From positions 3,906,001 through 3,970,000 of the forward strand of contig CATNEN010000039.1 of the NCBI GenBank assembly GCA_950097015.1: a DNA stretch of 64,000 nt. The letters run 5' to 3'. This DNA comes from Macrostomum hystrix (lineage: Eukaryota > Animalia > Platyhelminthes). This document shows positions 38,348 to 48,676 of this stretch, in pieces. Positions within the stretch are counted from its first letter, which is position 1, and the number at the start of each line of letters is the position of its first letter. The notes under the pieces are model-generated. The model was given only the letters and a program-made list of their open reading frames with translations, did not search any database and was not told the origin of the DNA. The position numbers were made by a program, and so were the translations under genes.

Positions 38348-39757
38348 ATGGCTCACTTGGCCTACAAAGTGATCTTCTTCAAGGTGGTTTTCTACCTGGT
38401 GGAATGCATGAAAAACTACCAGCTGCTGCCGCAGGACTTCGCTGACTCGCTCTCAAGCCACCTGTCCGCGACTCTAGCCAGTTTTCTATTCATGTTGCTC
38501 ATGACCAGAATGTTCTTCTTCGGTATCATCGAGTGCCTCACGCCGCCGGAATGGCCGGAGCCCTGGGAGAAGGCAACGGAGGCCATCTGTTTCACCGACG
38601 GCACCTACGCCCTGCCGCACGGCGCTGACAACGTCACCGACGGCAGCGAGTGGCAGCACAAAATTCACCTGGGTGAGACATCAGTGCGCCCACAGTCCAA
38701 GCCTGACCACGACAGCGTCTCTTTCACTGCAGTTCCCTCTGAGCGTTTGTCTCAGTCTCAGTCTCAGTCTCAGTCTCAGTTTCTTTCTCAGTCTCAGTCA
38801 GTCTCTGTCTCTATGTCAGCCCTCTGTCTCTGTCCGTCTTCTTGTCCAGATGCCCCAAGTACAAGCGAATCATCCCACCCACCCCGGTATCCAGGCTACT
38901 ACTACTGGATTCCTTTCATCTTCATCGGCCAGGCGATCATTCTGAAGGCGCCAGATTTCTTCTGGCACTTCCTCTGCGACCTGCACCCGAAGAGGCCGAT
39001 AGAGACATTGAGGGCCTTCGCCTGCCTCATCGGAAGCCAGGAGCTGATGCAACACTCCGACAATGCCCACGTTGAGCCGGAAAATCTGGCGAAATGCACC
39101 GAGCAGCAGCGGTGGACAGACTGGCTGGCCATCCACCTGAGAAGCAACAACCGGTTGATCAACTTCGACAACTGGCACCTGTTCGCGCTGTACATGCTCT
39201 TCAAGCTGCTCCGGCTAGCAGCCCTGCTGGGCTCGCTTTTTTACCTGCAGGCCTCGTTCGGATTGGAGTCGCCGCTGTTTGGCCTTCAAATGGCCATTAA
39301 TCGTCTGCAAGGTGTGCCATGGGAGCAAGCAGACCTGTTTCCCAGGTGGGCCTACTGCGACGTGCACACCAGAATGCTGGGCAGCTGGAACACCCGAGTG
39401 ATGCAGTGCGCGCTGCCCTTGAACCTGCTGCTCGAGCAGCTACTGCTGTTCTTCTGGTTCTGGCTGACCATCTGCACCGCCTGCCTTCTGCTCTCCGCTG
39501 CCGCCTGGGGCGTCGCCATGTTACCCGCCAGACGGCGACAGTTCGGCCTCGCCTTTCTCGCCGTCGGCGGCTCCGCCAGCTTAGTCAAGACTGTGCGCGA
39601 CCGAAGGCGACTTATGAGCAATGAGGACCTGGTTGAAATACTCACGGCGGTTGACCGGGCCTTCATGCTGCGCCTTGTGGAGGAGAGGCTGGGACTGGCT
39701 CCCGCTTACTTGGCCATGGAAAAAATCGTCTACGATGTGATGCATCCTGTTGTGTGA
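38348..39757 (+). CDS. Innexin; exons 38348-38672 and 38895-39757
   Basis: IECLTP..EAICF, GYYYWIPFIFIGQA..P..FW, FPRWAYCD and QCALPLNLLLEQLLLFFWFW are innexin motifs. Confidence 0.92.
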   Translation: MAHLAYKVIFFKVVFYLVECMKNYQLLPQDFADSLSSHLSATLASFLFMLLMTRMFFFGIIECLTPPEWPEPWEKATEAICFTDGTYALPHGADNVTDGSEWQHKIHLGETSVRPQSKPDHDSVSFTAVPSERLSQSQSQSQSQFLSQSQSVSVSMSALCLCPSSCPDAPSTSESSHPPRYPGYYYWIPFIFIGQAIILKAPDFFWHFLCDLHPKRPIETLRAFACLIGSQELMQHSDNAHVEPENLAKCTEQQRWTDWLAIHLRSNNRLINFDNWHLFALYMLFKLLRLAALLGSLFYLQASFGLESPLFGLQMAINRLQGVPWEQADLFPRWAYCDVHTRMLGSWNTRVMQCALPLNLLLEQLLLFFWFWLTICTACLLLSAAAWGVAMLPARRRQFGLAFLAVGGSASLVKTVRDRRRLMSNEDLVEILTAVDRAFMLRLVEERLGLAPAYLAMEKIVYDVMHPVV

Positions 39758-39765
39758 CTTCAGCC

Positions 39766-39796
<31 letters not shown>

Positions 39797-40369
39797 ATAT
39801 TACCCTGGTCTTATTAGAAAACTGTCTTTAACTGCCTAGCTTCCTAATTGACAGCCTTCAAACCGAACGCTGAATGCAAAATATAGAGATTCGTGTTTGT
39901 ACGAGTATTATGCTAGCTACATGAGCAGAGGCCAAAAGTTTTTTTCTTCTCAAACCAAAGAAAGAGACTGGAAGTGAGCTGTTAAGTGCTGAAAGAATAA
40001 TTAATTGTGCAGCCTGAGTAATTCTGCTCGACCTTGCTCGAGTAATCTTCAAAGAACTCACAATCTATTGAAATAAGAGTTTGATTTGACACAGATATTT
40101 TAAGGATTAGAGACCTTATTATCTTTTATGCAGTGAATCATGTATCATAAAATTTATATTTTTGCGTCGCGTACAACAACATAAAGTCAAACTAGTGGGT
40201 GGTGGAGCTCTGCAAGATGGACCTGATTGGCTGAGGGAGCGCAAGGGGTAGAGAGAGAAAAAGGAGACAAAAATGGCTTAGCCAATCAACTGCCCCCCCA
40301 GAGCCGTGCAAAATGAAAAACCAAATCGGAAGTGAAACCCCAGAAAACTAGTCGGTGACTTCGCAAGAT

Positions 40370-43300
40370 CTACGCAAGATCTGCTGTCCAAAGAAAAACC
40401 ATCACCCGATTCAACAAAAAAATTAACATCAGATATGGAAAATCACACCACAGAAAGAAGGCCAAGTCACCGGCCAGCATGATGACTCGAGCGGCCAGCA
40501 TCCCGACGCCCCACGCAGCCGCGTTCGCGACCTCCTCCTCCTCTGCGACTGCTTCGAGCTCGCACCGCAGCCGAGACACCAGCTCAGCTCGGTGGGCAGC
40601 AGATGAGTCTGCCTGCAGCAGGTGCGCGAGAATCACGTGACACTTTGGCACACCGTTGAATGTCTCCGGTCGGACGAGGGCCACATTCTCTGCAGGATGG
40701 AAGAAGTTCGGCAGACTGGCTCGTCGGTGGCACCTGCGGCACAGCTCGAGCACCAGCAGTGCATTGCGGAGAGAATTTTGCACAGTCCAGTGCTGCGGAT
40801 CGGGCATGAGGCTCGCTGTCCAGTGAAATGCCACTCGGAGCGGCTCAAAGTTGGAGCGAGTGACGCCGAGCCTCCTCGCCAGACTGAGCACAGCGGAGTA
40901 GCTCAGTTTGTGTCCCCCGCTCATGCAGGCGAGGGCGCGTCTCTCACGCAGGTCGGTGCAGAGCCTCCAGGTGAGCCGCCTCGCATCGAGCAGGACGAGA
41001 GTTTCGTCTGGCTGACCGACGCGAACTCTCAGGCGGGCTTCCCCAGCCAGCAGGCAGTGGGCGAGTCTCGCCACTCGGGTCGGCAGTCGGATCGGCAGCT
41101 TCGAGAGCGTAGTGCAGACAGTCCTGAGCGTCGCAGCTCTGATGCCTGCCAGGCGGTAAATGTTGCCATTCAGAACCACTGCCGGTGTTACAAATGTTAC
41201 TGCGATAACCACAACATTTAAGTCGTCATTTATAAGCTGCGAGTCAATGGCTCTGCAAATTAAAAGTACAGACGTCATCAGGCACGCAGCAATAAGTGCA
41301 TCGTAGAAGGCACCCCAGAGCAGCATGAGGTGCTCAGTTAGAGTTTTTCGTGACGCGATATCAATGCTGACTCGAAATGAATTGTTTGAGAAATCGCCGA
41401 CGGATGCTTTCGGCCAATCAAAGGCGATGTCAGCCGATGCGCAATTATTGACGTCCTGCACGCAGTCGCCTCTCTCAATTCCGAGCTCATTGAAGGTGTT
41501 GCTCAATTCTTCGATAGAGTGTTCGTGCTCTGAAATTATTTCTCTAACGTCGCTCCGGACTTCCTGAAAAATTTCGCTTACGCAATCAACCAGTGGAGTC
41601 GAACGATGCTGGGAGTCGTAGAGACTCTTCAGCTTCTCCACAGAGCTCAGCAGGACATTGGGGACTTCTGTACAGAAAAAGCGCGCGAACAGAGGCAAAA
41701 ATGCCGTTGCTGAACTTTTGAGAAACATTGCGTACATGTAGCTTATGCTTGTGTCCCGACTCGTTGAAGCTATTCGCCAGATTATGTACAACAACTCCGC
41801 CACTGAAATTAGAGCTATGTGAACCACAGAAGCTGCCCACGCCGCGCGATTCCATTCGGCAGTTTCCGCAGACAGAAGGCGAGCCGATAAGAAGCTTGTT
41901 GCCGGAAGGTAATTCCATGCAGACAGCTTACCACTGCAGAACTTCGCCAGGAGAACTTCCATTCCTGCTATGTTTCCAATGACATTGCCGACCGAGACAT
42001 CATTTCTATCAATCAGACTCGTCAGCGAGATTGACGTTTTCGGAATTTTAACCAGAATCGTCGCGTCCTTCTTGTACTTCCACAGAACATTCTCGTCAAG
42101 GTAGAAGTAGTTCGGCAAGCTCTTCTTCTCGAAGCAAATCTCCAGAAAGCGAAGCACCTTCAGCGCATTCAAGCACACCCTCTGCGGAGTCCAGTCGCTG
42201 TCAGCACTAAAGTACACGAACCAGAAAAATGACATCTTGATCGGGTAGCTGGTGACTGGGTGACCATCGGTGAGCTGAGAGTCCTTGGCGAGCAGCTTCG
42301 CGACGCTGAGCACGAGACCCTGCTCCTTGGGGAGGTTCCTGATCCACTGGCACTCGAACTCGGTGAGCGACAGTCGCCACAGCTGGTGCATTGTGTCGAA
42401 CATGACCATTCCGAGATCTCCGCATGCTGGCACGAGTCGGTCGAAGTGCTGGGAGTTGACGAATCTGCTCTGGTGTCGGCACCGCCACTCGACCAGCAGC
42501 TGCTCGACATCGGGCGGAGCCGGCACGAAGGTCACAATGTCCACGCCTCGAATGCGCACTTTTTCTTTTAAATTTATCGCTACGAATTCGTCAGTGTCAG
42601 CTGGTCCATGTCTGGTCGAAGGGACAGTTTGCGTTAACATGTTGGCACTTGTGAATGACATTTTATTTCTTATTCTTGTTAAAAGAGTTGCTACCCTTCT
42701 TGTGAGACAATTGTCGTGCGCGTTTACATACACGCTTGCAGCAATGACTAGCGCAGCCGAAACTCCTCGCTGAAATCGTAATTGACAAGAGAATTTTATG
42801 CATGACAGTTACTTGTTGTTTCGCCTTTTTGATGAACCAGAAAGAAGACGTGCAGGTAGCTACTTACCTTCCAATCAGCGAAATGTCTCCAGAGAAAGTA
42901 TTCCACCGCCGCATGGACGCAGCACAACATAATATTGAACACTATCGCAAGAAAATACTTTTGAATCCGCAGCCGTTTCCAGGTGGCCCGCAGGTACCAC
43001 AGCTCAGACTCGTTCCCGTTCGGTTCAATAGCCAGTTGGAACTCTCCGTTCTCTCCCCGATCTCGCAGCTTCACCTGCGACTCGTGAGTTCTCGGCGCCA
43101 GCTGCATGGGGAAGCTGATGTCCAGGTCGCCGCCATCTCTGAAGGTCCACATCTCGCCGCAGCCGCCCTGCAGTCCGGCATTCCGAGGGTCGGCTGAGAA
43201 CTCAGCGTAGAGTCGACGGATGCGGCTGATCTTGGCATCGTCCACACTGTCGCACAGCCGATGGCCCAGGAGCTGCAGCTGGTGCTTTTCAGGCTCGGCC

Positions 43301-43389
43301 ACCTCTGATTCGACCTGTGAGCAGGCTTGCTGGTACACCTCTTTGAGACTGCTGACTGCTCGCTCGGTAGAAACTGCTTCAGAGAGCAT
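40370..43389 (-). CDS. cGAS-like (Mab-21/cGLR) protein with hydrophobic segments, copy B, intact (~973 aa); exons 43389-42868 and 42769-40370
   Basis: Same motifs as copy A in one continuous frame after a phase-0 intron at DWK; a further upstream exon is possible. Confidence 0.83.
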
Positions 43390-45660
43390 CGCGTGTGCAT
43401 GGCCTAAATGGGGCTACTCATCCGATTGGTATTAATTCTGCTTAATAAACTGCGGGCGCTTTTTATGTAAACTCAAACTTGAAAATAATTGAAAGAAAGC
43501 TTTATCAGTTTTTCCAGGAGCATCATAAAACTTCGAGCTGGCAGTTTGTTAAGATTTATTCAATTCAACACGCTTTTAACTCAGTTGAGATCTGAGCTCT
43601 GATAAGATCGACCGGCCCTGCGCCGAACTTCAAAAGATTTCGGCCATTTCTAGCGCTAAAAAATAATCCAGCGCTGTGACGTAAATTTATTTGCATCTTT
43701 CCATCATATTCCATGTGTATAGTGCCTCGATGCACGCAGAATCTGTTTGGAATTCGATCCGCCCGGAAGCTGTTAAATGTACAATGTATTGCATCAGCAT
43801 CGATTGTTACAGACTGATATGCCCTCTACTGCATGTTTTCTTATATTTTACATGTAAATGAGTTGAGTAATCTGATTTCGTGAAAGAGAAACTATATTAC
43901 TTAAGCTTACCGAAACTAAAAATTACTATGAGCGTACTAACTAGAAATAATTTAACGGATGGATATATTAATGAAAGAATGAGTTAGGTAAAAACCTGAA
44001 ATTTGAATTATAAAAGTTTCATTCATATAATTTTCCGCTTAAAAACTTAACAGGCAATGTTGCTCAAAAACTACTCTAAAAATAGTGAAACGACGATAGC
44101 ATGCAACAATGCCTTTTAGTGGACCATATTTCTAGTAATTAGCATTGGCACTCGTTATTTACTCGTGACGTGTTATTCATTTTCGCGTTATTTGCACGGA
44201 ACTGTGCATTAAGTGTGCATTATGCTTCTGTATGTTAGTTAGAATCATCTAAGCAACTTGTAGTTTATTTCTAATCATCGTCACGTCACTAGATCTCTAC
44301 GCGTCTGCCTTATAATTCTAGGCCTATGGCTATTTCTACTATGTAGTCTTTTAGAGATCTGGTTATGACGGCATGCAAATAACGAGTAACATTAGCATTC
44401 GGTATCAGCAGCATTGATGTCATACCAATGCGAAAGATAAAATTCGAATACTATTAAGAGTTATATTATGAATCTTGCAACTGCTAAATCAGTTTGTTAC
44501 GAAGCCTAATAGAACTTATGGAATATATATTTGTTTAAATAAAATGTTGCGGCACATTAAATATTTAATTTGTCGGTCAGGTGGTCATTATTATTTAAAA
44601 TGGTTATCGTGTGCTGCTGTGGACCTGCTTGAGAGCCTGCTGCTTGAGAACCAGCCTGCTTGAGACTGTTCCGAGTGTAATCGTTCGTATTTTGCATTCA
44701 GGATTTTTTTGTTTTCCTCTAGTTATTTTAGGCTTTACTTTGGGGTATTCTTGCTCACAAATTTTGTGTACAAATGTTACTTTTGACTTGTATGAAGTCT
44801 TCTAATCGCAATTGAAAGTATATAATAGACTTGAAGTTCAAAAGTCTCGATATGTATTTAGTTCTTACGTATAAAACAAGCGCCATATTATTTTTTTACA
44901 TTTTTTGTTTTGAATTGTACTTTTTACATCCCTAACATCAAGAAGAAACTTCCGTTTTCATATAATGGTTTACTCGTTGTCTATCTAATCTCGCTCGCTA
45001 TCAAATTGTCTAATTACTAGCTATTTATTAGATTTTTTTGAAATGTTGGCTAGCTTTAGTATAAATTTATTAGAAATAATGTTTTGTACAACCATTTTTA
45101 TCGTACTTTTAACAGTAACAGTTATGACACAAGCTATCAAGAGTTCTATCAATATTAATGAGTGTTTTAGATTTTTTCTCACTTTGCTATGTACACAAAT
45201 TAAATATTTATTTTCATGTAATCAGTTCGATTTGTAATGGTAAAAGCTGTGCCAAAGTTTGTTTAACTGTTGTTAAATATTAGCTAAATTCCTAGGGATT
45301 ATATTTAAAAAATGTAACTAGCTTAGTGAAGGTGAGTTTAGATAATTTATACGAGTACATAGACATAAAATAGAATATTTTCAGAAAGAATTTTGAAAGA
45401 TTAGCAAGTGTTTGCTATACCCTAGTTTTAAATTGTCCTAAATAAATAAATTATAATAGCCATTATTTTATCAACAAAGATTTCATATTTTATATTGAAT
45501 AATTCATTAATCTTTCGTTTGCAGCCAACCACATTGGCAGCGAACTAAGGCCTAAAATCTGTTATCAGCACCCACCCCATCCCAGATCCCAATTGTTCCC
45601 CCAAACTCCCTTCCCCTGTTCCCTTTATTCCCTGTCATTCCTGCTTTCTGTCTGTCTAGC

Positions 45661-48279
45661 ATGCAACGCCTCAGTGCGGCCAGTCTGTATGACTCAGACC
45701 TGGGCATCGGCCTAGGCACACCGATGGACACGGCTTCCGTCTGCTCCTCTCACACCTCCGACTCCGGCGTCAGTGTCGGCCTTGGCGGTGCCGGCACGGG
45801 CCAGATCCCCGGCCTGCGCCGAATGCAGTTCCCCAGGCCTGTGCGCGTCAGCCAAGCGCCGCCACTTCCTCCACCACCGCCGCCGTCATCATCGTCGGCA
45901 TTGTTGTCTGCGCCAACAAGTCAAGCAGCTGTAGCGGGACCGGCTCGGCCGAGGACGCTGCAGCAGTTGCAGCCGCAGCAACAGCAGCAGCAGCATCAGG
46001 AGCGTCACTTTCAAAGGCCGAATCCCACTCCGCCGTCACTATTTCGGCTACAGCAGCAGCAGCAAGCCCAACAAGCGCTACTGTCGCCCAGCTCCTCGTC
46101 GGTTCCCTCGCCTCAGTCTAGCGTTGCCTCAGGTAGATCGACGCCTCAGTACGCAACTCCTCAGCAGCAGCAGAGATTGTTGCTACTGCAGCAGAGGTCT
46201 CTGCCTCCGCCGCCCACGCAACAGCCGCCTCCGCCGCCTCCGCCTCCACCGGCCTACAGTGCCAGCCACACCCTCTTGACTTCTAGGACTCTGCCCGCGG
46301 CCCCCGCTGCTGCGACGGCTGCGTCGGCTTTGTCAGCCTTCGCTGGCGCGCACTCGTCATTGTCTAGATCATCTAGCAGCATAGGTCAGTGATTTCCGAA
46401 TGCTGAGTCTGGTTTCAGGTACTTTCGGAGGTGCTGAAATTAAAGATAATTAAAGTAGCAATCGTTTTTTATTAGAAATTTTTCGTATGAGATTCGGACA
46501 GTTTTCAGCCTAGAAACCGCTGGGTTTCATTTAGTACTTTAGGCGCTTTGAACTTACGCGCTCTATGTAAGAATAGTACAAAGTGCAAAACATACGCACG
46601 CACAGATCGTTCTGCATGCCAGCACTCAACAACGTTTTTTATATCTACAAGTTTATTTTCAAAATTGTAGTCCCAATATGATAGAATCTATATGCTTATA
46701 ACAGCCTGACCTTTCCCAAGTTTTGAGCTCTGTGCACTTTATCTAGCATGAAATATTTATGTTTTATCAGCAATTTTTTTATTTTTTTAGACTGCTTTGC
46801 TGTACCCCTTTGAATTCTGCAATTAATTCGTCACTTCACCTGCGTGCCTAAAATAATATTCTAATAATTAGTCAGGAATTCCAGAATAAACACCTGACAA
46901 CTGCAGGTCTTGGCCCCTACCCCCTCTATAGCCTCCTCTCTCTCTCCACTCGTTATTCACTGTGTTTCTCTCCTGGAATGCCAGTGCAATGGAATGCCGC
47001 GCCGAATGTTAAACCTTCTAAGTAATTTTTTCTTTAATTTAATAAAAGATGCCAAGAATGCACTTAAATTGAGTTGACGAAATTGACCACATCTGACTAG
47101 TCACTTTGCAAAGCTAGCTCGTTAAGCAGTGTCCCACGCATTGGAAAGACACTGGCGCTATGCATTTACTCTCGTAGCTCTATAGCCTGTTTTAAGAAAA
47201 ATGTGGGCACTAACTTGATTCCAAGTTTAGCTGCTGTCTCTCGTTTTTTGTCTGAAGCGGAAACGGCTCGCGAGAACGAGGCTTCTGTGTGGGCTGCTGT
47301 AATAAAGCACCGGCGTGAATCTACCCCGTACTATTTGCCTGCTCTTCTCCTCGCCTCTACCCGCTTCTAAACCGTTTGCCCCTTCGAACCAAACCCAGTT
47401 CTTCTACCTCCTACCTTCTCCCGTTCTATCCCATTCTGCTACCCTATTCTACCCCGTTCTATCCACTTCTGCTATCATATTCTATCTTGTTCTATCCCAT
47501 TCTGCTACCCTATTCTACCCCGTTCTATCCCCTTCTGCTACCCTATTCTATCCCGTTCTATCCCATTCTGCTACCCTATTCTACCCCGTTCTATCCCCTT
47601 CTGCTACCCTATTCTACCCCGTTCTATCCCCTTCTGCTACCCTTTTCTATCCCGTTCTATCCCATTCTGCTAACCTATTCTACCCCGTTCTATCCCCTTC
47701 TGACTACACTATTCTATCTTGTTCTATCCCCTTCTGCACACTATTCTATCCCGTTCTATCCCCTTCTACTACACTATTCTATCCCGTTCTATCCCCTTAT
47801 ACTACACTATTATATCCCGTTCTATCCCCTTCTGCTACCCTAATCTTTCCCGTTCTATCCCATTCTTCTACCTTCTTCTACCCCATTCTATTCCCATCTA
47901 CCCTATTCTACCCTCTTCTAATCCTTCCCTATTGTAATCCCAAATGCCCTGCCCCCAGTCCTCAGTCTTGTCTAATACACAGTTTTGCACCTTTAATTTC
48001 AAGGCGCCTGCGGCAAATGCGCCAAAGCCATAGCGGCTCCTTCAGAGGCTTGCCACGCTCTTGGCAAAGTTTTTCACACCGTCTGCTTCACCTGCAACTG
48101 CTGCGGTCGAGAGCTAATCGGTTAGTTAACTTTTTCTTTCTGTTTTTCTAGTAGGCGGAAGTCCAGTTGGGTCACGTGATGCTTCGCCTCCAGGTTGTCA
48201 CTCGCTGTAGCGCAGAACATCGATTTTTTAGTACCAATTACCCTGGCCTTTTCAAGTTTTGGCCCGTTCCCGTCTCTCT

Positions 48280-48314
<35 letters not shown>

Positions 48315-48639
48315 TTCATATCCCTCAATGCCCTCTTTCCACTCTGACCCATGCACCTTTAGTAAAGGCCAGAGAATCTAACAAAGCTGTTTGGATGGAA
48401 TTCTGGAAATTTTTGGTGCCGCAATCCTCAGCGAAGCTGTCCTTGTCACAAATGTTCAGACAAAACTGTCAGAGCGAATCCCCTCCTTCCCTCCATGTTC
48501 TTTCCCTAAACTCCCTGGAGGCCAGGTAGGCATGCGCAGAGATGGATGGGGCTGCTGGGTGCTGCTGCTTGGCCCACCTGTCCGTCTGTGTGTTAGGGGA
48601 ACTTCGGTGATTTTTCTCTCTGTCTCTGTGTCTGTGTGT

Positions 48640-48676
<37 letters not shown>

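Noticed and set aside
33030-42773. Duplicated antisense and alternate-frame ORFs over the cGLR blocks
   Set aside because: Shadow ORFs of GC-rich coding DNA, duplicated only because the blocks are identical.
32248-43398. cGLR inverted repeat as the TIRs of a large transposon
   Set aside because: The repeats are intron-containing coding paralogs with interrupted identity; no transposase or TSD seen.
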